A DNA stretch of 64,000 nt. Origin: Dendrobates tinctorius. Taxonomy: Eukaryota. This document shows, piece by piece, positions 38,531-50,825 of the stretch. The stretch spans positions 50,034,001 to 50,098,000 of the forward strand of contig NW_027361696.1 of assembly GCF_039654945.1 (NCBI RefSeq), in the 5' to 3' direction. A program made the translations under genes and the position numbers. Position 1 is the first letter of the stretch. Each line of letters begins with the position of its first letter. Under the pieces are notes generated by a model. The model worked only from the letters and a program-made list of their open reading frames with translations, did no database searches and had not been told where the DNA came from.

Positions 38531-40019
38531 TCACACAACACCAGTATAATCTAGATATACTCTTATATTATCATATTTCTGATGCTGAAGCTAATGCTTT
38601 GAGTTCGGCTGCAAATAGCCATATGGGCTTAGTTTGGGTTCACCCGTTCCTCTCTGTGTTTTGTGCCTGCTAAATGTAGGGATAAGCTACTGATGGTAGA
38701 CAGCTACTTAAATGTAAGTTCATGTGGCAATTTGCTAATTCTCTGGCACATTTGCTAGAAAAAGGAAAAATGCACGCAAAACATGTATCATCTAATTATA
38801 TACCACTCACAGGAAAGCAATATACAGTACAAGCCTTATACAATTCATGGCAGGCTGACCTTGTTAATGTGGATACAAAGAAAAGGGGGACAATTATTAT
38901 ATTTTTGATTATTTAGTCCTCACATACATTTTCAATTTTGGAAATCATTTGTGCAGGCAGAACTTATGGCGGTAATGAGCCCGCTTCCCTATTCCGTAAG
39001 ACAACATTTGCTTAGTAGAAACCGTGTGATCGTCTTATTGACTATCCGGCAGACAACTGTGAAAATTAGCCTGGGAATGGTAGTGTTGTAGTGATGTATT
39101 TCATGCTGTCATCTGAGCCCTCTTAATTAGACGCGTTCCTAAGACAAGACGCCTTGCGTCGCTCCATACAAGGACCTGTTTGATGTGAAGACATAAGGAG
39201 CACAAGTATCCGTATAAATCGTCTATACTGTGACCGGCAGAACAGCCTCGGCGTCAGTCTTGTGTTGAAGAGGCAGCTAACAAGGATTGTATATACCAGG
39301 GGTAGTTCATATGCAGAATGTACGCAACGCCACAACACAGCGGAAATGTCTGAGGCTCCTCCTTCGACAACATATTTATATATGCCTTTAACCAGAGAAG
39401 GGCCACCAAACAAGAGTCCCCTTTATAAGCTGTAGTCAAGAGGTTCTTCCCGTTTTGGAGAGCATAGTCTGGCAAGATAAACTCCATGTCCATAGTGGAC
39501 ATCCCAGTTCATGTTAGGGTAACAGCTGGGAGATACAAGGCTGAAGTTCCGAAGTTCTGTTTCCTTTGAAATTTTTTGGTTGAGAGGAGACATATATTAT
39601 TGTAGATTTTGGAGCCATTCAAGGAGCCAGCCCTCAGGAATTTCAAAAGAAAGCCTTCAAGAAGAGAGAGGATCCTCTAGGACTTTCCTAGGCTTGTTTG
39701 GCTACTCGATCTTGTCTAGCCCTACTTTTAGGGTTAGAGCTTGTCTGCTTACGAAGGTCCTCCTATAATACACAAATAATAGGTGTTTAGCACTCCCTCG
39801 GGTGAAATGGAGAATTACACTATATAATTACATTAATTTGCTATCTGTGTAAGGAATGTAGTGGGTGGGTTCCTCCTGTACGTGCTGATTTTTGGCTATC
39901 TCTGCACTGACTGATAGATGAGGGTCCTATATCAGCCACTTTGCAGCATGAAGATGGTTTTAGTGGCTCCTTTTCTTGAAAGTCTTTTTAAAGACTAATG
40001 GGTACCTTTCCCAGTGTTA

Positions 40020-40460
40020 CTGCAGATAGGGAGAAATGCAAGATTTTATATCTTGGCAAGAAAAATGAAAATTACATCTATAGAATGGGAGGAATAGAAC
40101 CAAGCAACAACACGTGTGAAAAAGACTTGGGTATACTAATAGATCACAGACTGTACGTGAGTCAACAGTGTGATGCAGTAGCAAAAAAGGCTTACACGGT
40201 TCTAGGATGTATTAAGAGAAGCATAGAGTCTAGATCACGTGAAGTAATTATCCCCCTCTACTCCTCCTTGGTCAGACCTCATCTGGAATACTGTGTCCAG
40301 TTCTGTTCACCACATTTTAAAAAAGATAATGGAAAACTGGAGCAAGTGCAGAGAAGAGCTACCAAGATGGTGAGCGGACTGCAAAGTATGTCCTACGAGG
40401 AATGGATAAAGGATCTGGGAATGTTTAGCTTGCAAAAAAGAAGGCTGGGAGGAGACCTAA
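40020..40460 (+). mobile_element. CR1 LINE ORF2 C-terminal fragment
   Basis: KCKILYLG, EKDLGILID, LYSSLVRPHLEYCVQF, LEQVQRRATKMV, LGMFSLQKRRL; truncated by the next element. Confidence 0.88.
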
Positions 40461-41650
40461 CCCCTTAACGACCGCCGATACACCTTTTAACGGCAGCAGT
40501 TAGGGGTACTTATTCCTCAGCGCCGCTTTTTATTGGCGCTGAGAAATAAGGTTATAGTGCCCCCCAGCGTCGGAAAATCTTCTGGGTTCTTGGCTACCGG
40601 GGGTAGCTGAGACCCCGGAGAACATGATTCGGGTCGGTTTTTACCGACCACGGTGTTGCGATCACCGTTATTCACGGAATAAAGGCAACCGCAAATAAGA
40701 GTTTGATTTCCTGTTTATTTCTCTCTGATATGATCTAGCACCTTAGAGGAGAGAGAAATGCGGTCCACCGAGCCCCCCCTCCCGGCACCTCCTGCATCCC
40801 CCATTCCTGGCCCTCAGCGTCTTCTTCTGGGCACCTGGTAACAATAAGAGATTTCTTCTATTGGTTCATTTTGATCACTGTGATAGACCCTATCACAGTG
40901 ATCAAAATATAAAAAAATACTAAATCAAACCCCCCTTTTTCACCACCTTAGTTAGGTAAAATTAATAAAATAAATTTTTTTTTATTTTTTTCCACTAGGG
41001 TTGGGGATAGGGTTGTGTTGGGGTTAGGGTTTGGGGTGTGTTAGGGGTTGGGGTGGGGTTAAGGCTGTGTTAGGGTTGGAGTTAGAATTGAGGGGCTTCC
41101 ATTGTTGAGGTAAATCATGGGGTCTTCAAACGCGACATGGCACCCAGCCAATTTTGCTTTTAAAAAGTCAAACAGTGCTCCCTCCCTTCTGAGCTCTGCC
41201 ATGCGCCCAGTGGTTTTTCCCCCACATACGGAGTATCGGCGTACTCGGGAGAAATTGCACAACAAATTTTGTGGTCCATTTTCTCCTGATACCCTTGTGA
41301 AGATAAAGTTTGGTTCCAAAGTAAATTTTATGTGAAAAAAGTAGAATGTTATTTTTTTTCATTCCACATTGTTTTATTTCTCGTGAAGCACCTGGAGAAT
41401 TAATAAACTTCTTGAATGTGGTTTTACGTACCCTGAGGGATGCAGATTTTACAATTGTGTCACTTTGCAGTATCTTCTGTTATATTGACCCCCAAACTCA
41501 CTTTACATGTGATGTGGTCCCTAAAAAAATAGTTTTGTAAATTTTGTTGGAAAAATGAGAAATCGCTGGTCAAATTTTATCCCTTATAATGGTCCTAACA
41601 AAAAAATTGCAAAATTTTCAAAATTTTTGCCAAATTTCCGTTTTTAACAT
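40461..41650. mobile_element. piggyBac-like non-autonomous element (partial), inverted relative to 26682..32405
   Basis: Starts CTAA|CCCCTTAACGACC; reverse-complement homology to about 31000-32405; contains GGGTT-rich short repeats at about 40997-41085. Right end is uncertain. Confidence 0.65.
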
Positions 41651-41941
41651 CAGCACAATATAGCGCTGCCAACATTTGTGGCTGTCCCCAGTGATCATGT
41701 CGCTGAGCGGATGATGTGGTGGCAAAGGAAGAGGTATCGTTGTCTAACCACTTGGATGCTGCATTTGCTATTGACTGTGGCATCTAAGGGACTAATTAGC
41801 AGAGATCAGAACTCTGAATCCAGTTATTTGTAAAACACAGCCACCTGCCGCCATGTATAGATCCATATGTGCACAGTTCATACTGTATATATGTACCCAA
41901 CTAGATAGAGGCCCGATGCTATTGCATCGGGAGGGCGGTAT

Positions 41942-43435
41942 TGTCACGATGGAGGCAGGCTTTGCAGTGTTAAGAATCTCTGCCTCCTATCCACTCTCTC
42001 TTTCCCCATGTGCTGACTTCTCCCATCTGTGCTCTCTTCTTTGATCTGTCTACCCTATGTGCTATCCCCCTTGTCTGCTGTCTCTCTCCTTCCTGTGCTG
42101 TGTTCTCTCCTCATGTGCTGTCCCGTTTGAGCTGTCTCCCCCCTGTGCTCGGTCTCTCTCACCCCTATGCGCTTTCTCTCTCCCCCATCTGCTGTCTTCT
42201 TCTCTCATGTCATCTATTCTTTGACCTGTGTTCTCCATGTGCTCTCCCCCTTGTCTGCACTTCTTCTCCACCACTAACAGTGTGTGTGGTGCGTACGGCG
42301 TATACAGTGTTTGTGTGTGTGTGCTGCGTACGGCATAAACAGTGTGTTGTGTGTGTGTGGTGCGTACGGCATATACAGTGTGTTTGTGGTGTGTACGGCG
42401 TATACAGTGTGTGTGTGTGGTGCGATGGTGTTCCGCTGATGGTACCGCGCAAGAGTCTGGAACCACCAGCAGTTTCCATATTGGGACACCCATCACTTGG
42501 GTGTCCCAATATGGCAGTCGGTGAACTTCCGCTGCTTGGAATTCCTGGATCTTATGATTGTGATTGGTCTTTGCAACTGCCTACTGAACCTGAGAATAAA
42601 TAGACATTCCCTTCTCCATTTTCCTGTTGTGAGTTCATTTTCCCCTTCATTACTGAGGCCCGAGGAACTCCCTCTTCTGGTAAAGAAAGGTAGTGAGCCT
42701 GATTATCAAACACCTGAGGCTGATGATGACGACTGGCTGAGTGGAGTTACTGACTGGATATAAGGCTGCCGATGCCCTTCTGCCCTGCGGGTGATTTCTC
42801 TGTGGGATCCTTGGAGACCAGTCTGAATTCCTGCTCCTCTAAAGCTAAGTTTGCTGCTCGGCCTTTTGCTTTGGTGCTTTGACTTTGTTTTGCTTTGTTT
42901 TTCTGGATTTCTTCCATTCCCTGCTGGGGTGTGCTGAATTCATTTAGCTCTGTCTTCTGAAAATACCTGAGTGCTGATTTAGTTTTTGAAGCCTAGCTGC
43001 TTCAGGGCCTTTTTCATATCAGCTTGTTGGCTTATGTCTTTGATAGGGTTTTGGCAGATTGCAGACAGCAGCCTTCCTGTCCTTTCCTATCTAGGTAGTT
43101 TTGGGCCCCGTCTTTGCTCAGTCTATCTTTCTGTCTGTGTTAGTATTTTCTTCTTGCTTCACCGTCATTATATGTTGGGGGCTGCCTATTGCTTTGGGGT
43201 CTGCTCTGGGGCAGTTTAGATTTCCCCTTTCTTTCTTTAGGCCTATGTAATTCTCCGGCTGTGATCGAGGGGTCTAGGGCATCGTAGGAACCCCCCACGG
43301 CTACTGCTAGTTGTGTTGATAGGTTCAGGGGTCTGCAATCTGATAGTTGCCAACTTCTCTGGTTTTCTGGACTTAGCTTGTATTTCTGCTTTTGCCTCCT
43401 ACGGTGACTCATTCATAACATTTTCCCCTGTAACA
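41942..43435 (+). mobile_element. Probable older solo LTR (TGTCACG...TGTAACA) hosting a younger LTR
   Basis: TG..CA ends, AATAAA at 42595, internal GTGT/CGTACGGC repeats; no clean TSD. Confidence 0.4.
42625..43420 (+). mobile_element. Solo LTR (796 bp)
   Basis: TGTTGTGA...TCATAACA ends, 6-bp duplication TTTTCC, TATA-like GGATATAAGG near 42756. A second, inverted copy starts at 63281. Confidence 0.8.
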
Positions 43436-44503
43436 GCACATTGGTATCTGCTGTGCAGGGAAACTGCAGCTGATGAATGTTCATTCCTGCACAGCTGAAC
43501 TTTGAAGAGTATAGAGCCTTTATACTAGTGCTGAAGCCCCTTCATTGGTGGAGGTCCCCCCAATCATAAAGTGATGGCATAGCCTGGCAACATGCTATCA
43601 TACTCCTTTAAGCCGCCTTCAGTCTTGAGAGCTGAAGAAAGACAACTATACAGTTGGCAGATACTCTACATGTAGGACGGACACGTAACCGCGGCTCATA
43701 ATTGCTCACAGCTTGATCAATCAATTACAGACATGAATCAATATTGCTTTGTTTGAATAATGTGCCTACTTTACATTCTACACGGGGGAGCGAGATGGAA
43801 CATGAAATACTTCACAAAGCATTAACTGGGAGACGGAGCCGCTGGAAACAGGGATAGTCATGGTTTTATGTATAAAAGACTTTGATGGATTCCAAGTAAG
43901 CACCTGCCTCCATGCTCTGCAATCACTTTCTTATATAACGCTGCCAGCTTATTCCATTGGTGCAGGACACTATCTCCAGAAATACAATTAGAAAACCAAA
44001 AAGGTAGAATTTTTTTTCCCATGTGTATATTTCTACCAAAGAGCCCCTGCCTAGTGAAAGTGCACCAAATGTGAGGTGTTCACAGATGCAAGAACGATGG
44101 TGGGGCCAAGAGCCTGAGTTCACAACTTCATAGATCCCCTAAGTGACTCTCGGACCCCCTGCAATCAGCGGAACTCTTTGGGGAACCTGACAACATGAGT
44201 TCCGTTCTCCCTGCAGCACCACCACATTCTAAATGAAGAATTACATGGTTCTCATTAAAATTAATGGTCTGTCAAGGTAATGAGGGGGACACTCTTTACA
44301 GTCACTCCCGACTCCGGCTAGGTGATGGAGGTACAGACTAAGGGACTAATACAATGGTAAAACCCTGGTATATTATTCATACACTTCTGGGAGGAATAAT
44401 AGAAAAAATATACAAAGCTAAAGTGCGAGAAAATATTTAATCAGGTATATAAGTATAGTTGACAGGTATATTGGGACAGATGACAGATCCTCTGTGTCGT
44501 TTT

Positions 44504-45058
44504 TGTCATGATCCAGTCCGAGGTTTTTCTGCTATCCTCTCCCTGGACTGGTCATGCGGGGTTTAATCCCCTCTGCCTCGTTTTGGAGCTGTTTTTTTAT
44601 TTCAGTTCACTGCAGCCTGCATGCGACGTCCGTGATAGTTCATGCTTCCAGGCTAGAGCAACTGATCCGTATACCCTAGTGATCCTTCTATCCCTGACTT
44701 TGTGTACTTTTGGTGATTTTCCTCTGAACCCCGCTTCCTATTTTTCTGTCTCTGATACCACGTTACCAACCGTCTTATCACTGGCTTGTACCCTGACTCC
44801 CCTTTCCATCTCACATCTTGGATACCACGTTCCCGTATGGCTCTGACTTCTGGCTTGTCCATGACTACGTGCATTGCTGTGACCTCTGATACTTTGTCTT
44901 CCTGTTTTTTGCTGATCCAGCCTGTCTGATTACTCTGCCGCCTCCTAGTGGCGGCCTGCACGTCTGCACTGTGATGCTGCACGGTGAGTGCAACCGATTT
45001 TCCCTTACCAGCGCCCCCTGGTGGAGGTTGCACTCTACTGCTCCGCAGTTGTATTACA
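44504..45058. mobile_element. Probable solo LTR carrying CTCF-like motifs
   Basis: TGTCATG...TATTACA ends with TTTT/TTTT 4-bp flanks. Confidence 0.6.
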
Positions 45059-45656
45059 TTTTTAGGAAGCTTTGCGTAAATCAATAATACAAGCAAATAA
45101 AAGTGTCTCATAAACGCATTTCTTTTACACCCTGCCCCTTGCCTCTTAAAATCTTCATAATAAAGCTTCTAAAATCAAAAACTGCTCAATGAGGGATATG
45201 GGTAAAGCTGCACTTTGCAGTGCATGAAGAGGGGAGACATGTAGAGTAAGAGAAGGAAGAACAGACAGGGACAGTGTTGCTGGTTGTTGTGAGTGTTTTA
45301 TCTATGTCTCCGTGGAGTTGGATTCACAACTACAATGCTTGGTACTAATATAATGTTCTCCATTCTGCTGCTAAGTTTGCACATTTCCACCCACAAGCAA
45401 AGAGACAAGGCGTGGGGTCAGCAGAGGGGATGTTAGATGAAAAAAATCCAGAATTTAAGTCAAATATGAGCCAGAAATAGTGATATTACTTATGACAGCT
45501 TATCTGAAAAGTAAGCTGAAGTAATGGGTATGCTTTTACTAAAGTTGAAGGAGATGATGCAGAATCTGCAGAGAAACCTCCCACAACCTCCCCTCTCCCC
45601 AAAATCCCCACATATATTAGTATTCTGTGGTCTATGTCTGAGCCTTATTATTAGCG

Positions 45657-45926
45657 ATGTGCTTTGTGCCTCCAGAGTTTGCGCACACCTTTTATCTGCA
45701 GCCTTACCAGTCCCTTGATACATCCACTCATTTTCCCTGCGGAAGCTGCTCCTCTGTTGGGTATAAATCCCTCGGCCGCCGGTGCCGAGCTTGTGATTGT
45801 GCAATATTGGCAATGATTGTTTGTACAACATGTACGGAGTGTTTGGATACTCCGAGACGTGTGTTACAGACCAGGAGGCTTCATTTAGTATGTGCAGCCT
45901 GCACATCGCGATTAACTGATCAGTGA
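45657..45926 (+). other. Exon-like ORF encoding a Cys-rich 4 x CxxC (FYVE/PHD-like spacing) peptide; function unknown
   Basis: CGSC-x11-CRAC..CTTC..CAAC; acceptors at 45653-54 (ttattAG|CGATG) or 45674-75; consensus donor CA|GTGAGT at 45923. Confidence 0.4.
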
Positions 45927-46194
45927 GTAATACCGTGAAATGAGAGACAATGGCGTTATCTCCTTTGTTAGTATAGCCATATGGCTCATCCCGATGTTCT
46001 TCAATAGTTTAGTCAGGAAAACTTCGGAAGAATGTTATAGATTTATTTGTCCTTTTTTTTTTTTTTATTTTGCTAAATAAAAAAACAAAAAAGTTCCCTA
46101 CTTGGTTTATTAGCTATGAAATGCCTGAGTATGATCAGGCAGCCATCTAACAGCGCAGAAGGGAGCCAGTCATAATACTGGCCCGATTTCTATA

Positions 46195-48190
46195 CAACCA
46201 GTTATGTCACCTGTTCATCTTACTCCTGTACAACCAGTGATGTCACTGACGCATCTTACTACTGTACAACCAGTGATGTCACTGGCCCATCTTGCTACTG
46301 TACAACCAGTGATGTCACTGGCCCATCTTACTACTGTACAACTAGTAATGTCACTGGCCCATCTTACTACTGTACAACTAGTAATGTCACTGGCCCATCT
46401 TACTCCTGTACAACCAGTGATGTCACTGGCCCATCTTACTCCTGTACAACCAGTGATATCACCTGTCCATCTTACTCCTGTACAACCAGTGATGTCACAG
46501 GCCCATCTTGCTACTGTACAGCTAGTGATGTCACTGGCCCATCTTACTACTGTACAACCAGTGATGTCACTGGCCCATCTTACTACTGTACAACTAGTGA
46601 TGTCACTGGCCCATCTTACTACTGTACAACTAGTGATGTCACTGGCCCATCTTGCTACTGTACAGCTAGTGATGTCACTGGCCCATCTTACTACTGTACA
46701 ACCAGTGATGTCACTGGCCCATCTTACTACTGTACAACTAGTGATGTCACTGGCCCATCTTGCTACTGTACAACTAGTGATGTCACTGGCCCATCATACA
46801 ACTAGTACATCTGTACAACTAGTGATGTCACTGGCCCATCTTACTACTGTACAACTAGTGATGTCACTGGCCCATCTTACTACTGTACAAATAGTGATGT
46901 CACTGGCCCATCTTACTACTGTACAACTAGTGATGTCACTGGCGCATCTTACTCCTGTACAACCAGTGATGTCACTGGCCCATCTTACTACTGTACAACT
47001 AGTGATGTCACTGGCCCATCTTGCTACTGTACAACCAGTGATGTCACTGGCCCATCTTGCTACTGTACAACCAGTGATGTCACTGGCCCATCTTACTACT
47101 GTACAACTAGTGATGTCACTGGCCCATCTTACAACTAGTACTAGTACATCTGTACAACTAGTGATGTCACTGGCCCATCTTACTACTGTACAAATAGTGA
47201 TGTCACTGGCCCATCTTACTACTGTACAAATAGTGATGTCACTGGCCCATCTTCCTACTGTACAACTAGTGATGTCACTGGCGCATCTTACTCCTGTACA
47301 ACCAGTGATGTCACTGGCCCATTTTACTACTGTACAACCAGTGATGTCACTGGCCCATCTTACTACTGTACAACCAGTGATGTCACTGGCCCATCTTACT
47401 ACTGTACAACCAGTGATGTCACTGGCCCATCTTACTACTGTACAACCAGTGATGTCACTGGCCCATCTTACTCCTGTACAGCCAGTGATGTCACTGGCCC
47501 ATCTTGCTACTGTACAACCAGTGATGTCACTGGCCCATCTTACTACTGTACAGCTAGTGATGTCACTGGCCCATCTTACTCCTGTACAACCAGTGATGTC
47601 ACTGGCCCAGCTTACTACTATACAACTAGTGATGTCACTGGCCCATCTTACTCCTGTACAACCAGTGATGTCACTGGCCCATCTTACTACTATACAACTA
47701 GTGATGTCACTGGCCCATCTTACTACTGTACAACTAGTGATGTCACTGGCCCATCTTACTACTGTACAACTAGTGATGTCACTGGCCCATCTTACTACTA
47801 TACAACTAGTGATGTCACTGGCCCATCTTACTACTGTACAACTAGTGATGTCACTGGCCCATCTTACTACTATACAACTAGTGATGTCACTGGCCCATCT
47901 TACTACTGTACAACTAGTGATGTCACTGGCCCATCTTACTACTGTACAACTAGTGATGTCACTGGCGTATCTTACTACTGTACAACCAGTGATGTCACTG
48001 GCCCATCTTACTACTGTACAACTAGTGATGTCACTGGCCCATCTTACTCCTGTACGACCAGTGATGTTACCTGCTCTTCTTTCTCCTGTACAACCAGTGA
48101 TGTCACCTGTCCATCTTACTCTTGTACAACCAGTGATGTCACTTGCCCATCTAACTCCTGTACGATCAGTGATGCCACCTGTCCATCTAC
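46195..48190. repeat. 39-bp tandem array (about 50 units; GTGATGTCACTGGCCCATCTTACTACTGTACAAC(C/T)A), open as a 664-aa ORF on the + strand
   Basis: Unit = 13 codons (VMSLAHLTTVQ(P/L)V register); two expanded units of +6 and +12 nt keep the frame. Confidence 0.95.
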
Positions 48191-48384
48191 AAAGTTGAAA
48201 GGTTGTGTTGAATGTTGATGACACCACCATTAATTGTGCTCCTCAAGAAAGATGGCTGCCGGCATCCATAACTGGATTCAGGATTATATAGACTGGATTA
48301 TTGTTATTTTGTAGGCCTGTGATGGCAACTATGGCACACCTTTATGCATCCAAGACTAACCAGTCCTTGTTTTTTTTTTTGTAG

Positions 48385-48474
48385 TCTCTTCTGGCACCAT
48401 TATTCCATAAAGATATCTGTATCTGAAGGACGCAGCAGAATCTTCCTGGAAGGTGAAGACTAAACAAGACCTTG
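48385..48474 (+). other. Probable 90-nt exon upstream of znf576 (non-coding as sequenced)
   Basis: Strong acceptor (poly-T)GTAG| and donor TTG|GTAAGC. Its phase-1 exit is compatible with the ZNF exon, but all three frames contain a stop (TAA at 48408 in the ZNF frame). Confidence 0.55.
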
Positions 48475-49254
48475 GTAAGCTTACATTATAAGCCACTGCA
48501 GTACTGCCATGCTGCATTACTAAAAAAGGACGTACATTTATCCCACGTCAGACAAAAACATTTACTAATTACAACTTCTTAAACTTCTTAAAATGCTTAG
48601 ATTTTTGTTCCTCAACATTCCTCAACATTTGCAAGATCTGAAAACATATCCTGATTACGTCCGGCTCGATACACCACATGGATCCATAAACCCATGTGAA
48701 CTGGACTGGGATGGGACAGATTTTCGGAACGTTTTCATTCACTGGCAGCAAGCAGAGATGTTGAAGTGGAGAGGAATTAAAATGCACTTGTGTAGCTATA
48801 AAATGACTCCATTTCACACACGATTGGGTATAAATGAGTATCGGATCGCCGGGGATCCCACCGATCAGTTGATCCTCCGTTCTTACGGGAATGAATAGAG
48901 GAATGGCTACGCATACTCGTGTCCGAAATTACAAGCACATTTATCAGTATAACTGAGTTTCTAATAGCCGATCAGATCGCATGGCTCTGGTTTAGAAAAA
49001 AATGGGACTGCAAAAATCATATACGATACATTCTCCCTAATTAACATTAATGAATTCTGATTCTGCCACCGACGTATATGGGCATGAGTATAATTGCAAT
49101 CTGTTCTTATTATCAGCTGCTAAATTCTGCTCAACTGCAGATCTCAACGGAGGAAACTCAGCTAATTCCACAGCGACGTCTCCACAAGGAAAGTCTAAAT
49201 AATTGATGTCTTTGTTTATAAATTTCATCACAGAAAGTGATGTCACCGGGGACG

Positions 49255-49411
49255 GCTTTGCCAATGGGGCGGGGTGACGTTCCTGGTCTTTCAGAAGTAC
49301 GCCATCAGATCAGACCGACGTGAAAATGCAAATCACACAGTAAAAAATTAGAGCAAAAATCTGCTTGTTTCATTAAGGCCTCGTGATCCGACTGTAAATG
49401 CGCAAGTAAGT
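49255..49411 (+). promoter_or_regulatory. Candidate proximal promoter and first exon for znf576
   Basis: Adjacent CCAAT (49261), GC box GGGGCGGGG (49266) and CRE half-site TGACGT (49275); donor CAA|GTAAGT at 49406. Confidence 0.5.
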
Positions 49412-49854
49412 GCTGATCCAGAGCGGCTGGGATTGCCTCTGTAGTGCATGCATCCAAAATAACAAAGCGGCTTTGTAAATAATCTTAATTAAACATCTAT
49501 CATTTTGGGTATACAGATCTAATGCAGATCTGTGTGTCTCCTTGGTAACAGACTAGAAAAAAAATACTGTGTAGTCTGAATCTGCAGTCATTCTCAGTCC
49601 AATGCATCATCTACTTACATACAGCGTAAGATTACAGGAGTGCAGTTTTATCCTCCCCCAACTGCCATTCTGTCAAAATATATTCCACATTCGGCTTAGG
49701 TATAGTCCCTGAGTACTATAATTTTGAGTGCAGCTTTCACTGTGAGTGGGGTAAAGTACAGTGGATGATTCACATCTAAACAGTACATAACTTTTTGATT
49801 TGTCTCCATGAATTAATGCCATCCTTTTAACCGCTGTTCACTATTGTGCTGCAG

Positions 49855-50825
49855 ACCCTTTGGAGGACAGTTCAGGCTCCCACATGGCCCCTGAGGACTC
49901 CCCACCTCCTCCGTGCCCCGACTGTGGACGGACTTTCCAAACTCTACGCGCACACAAACTCCACAGGCGCAACCATGCCGCCGATCTCTCTTACACCTGC
50001 AAGGACTGCGACGTGGCCCGAGCTGGGGCTACTGAGGGAAGTGAGAAGCCTTATTCTTGCTCTGAATGTGGCCGCCGCTTCTGCTGGCTTTTGGCCTTGC
50101 ACAGTCATCACGAACAGCACACCGGCCAACGTGGCTACCAGTGCTCACAGTGTGGAAAGCAGTTGTCCAACCATCCAGCCTTCCGCAGACACCAGCAAGC
50201 TCATCGCAAGGATCGAGTTTGCGTTTGGTGCGGGAAAGCGTTCAACTGCTCGGCCAAACTATCCCGTCACATACGTATCCACACTGGAGAAAGGCCATAC
50301 CAATGCCCCGAGTGCCCACAAGCGTTCACACAACTAGAGACTCTGCGAGTCCACCAGTGGGTGCACGAAGATCCTAAGCCCTTCCAATGTCAGGACTGTG
50401 GGCGAAGGTTTCATGTCCAACGCACCTTCGAAAAGCACAGAAACTTGCATATCTCCCGGAAGTCTCACGCTTGCCCCATCTGTGGCAAGACTTTCTTCTT
50501 CTCATCTCGCTACAAGCGCCATCTTCGGATTCATACAGGTGAAAGACCCTTCCAGTGCCAACAGTGCGGAAAAAGCTTTAACCAGCGTTCCAACTACCAG
50601 AGGCATCGGGCTGTCCATGCCGGCAAGAGACCGTTCCCTTGTAACCTGTGCGAGAAAAGTTTCAGCCAAGCGTCCAACTACCGACGCCATCTTCAGACCC
50701 ATCGGAAGGAGAGGGGCAGGTGGGAAGAGAAAGCAGAGTATAAATGTATCGAGTGTGGGGTACGCTTCACAGAAGAAGGAGGGCTCCATGAGCACTATAT
50801 ACAGCATGCCAGGGGGGAGCTATGA
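49855..50825 (+). CDS. znf576: ZNF576-like C2H2 zinc finger protein (10 intact fingers and 1 broken); first in-exon ATG at 49884
   Basis: C2H2 arrays with TGERP linkers; the terminal finger ..GLHEHYIQHARGEL* matches the recalled human ZNF576 end GLHQHYIRHARGEL; acceptor tgcAG|ACC at 49853-54; synteny with IRGQ as in mammals. Confidence 0.82.

Noticed and set aside
40997-41085. Interstitial telomere (TTAGGG)
   Set aside because: Only a few degenerate GGGTT(A/G/T) units, internal to a piggyBac-like element.
46195-48190. CRISPR-like regular array
   Set aside because: Contiguous tandem units with no unique spacers, no cas genes, and a vertebrate context.
46794-48230. 478-aa minus-strand ORF (RWASDITSCTVV)n
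   Set aside because: Antisense reading of the 39-bp repeat; no independent gene signals.
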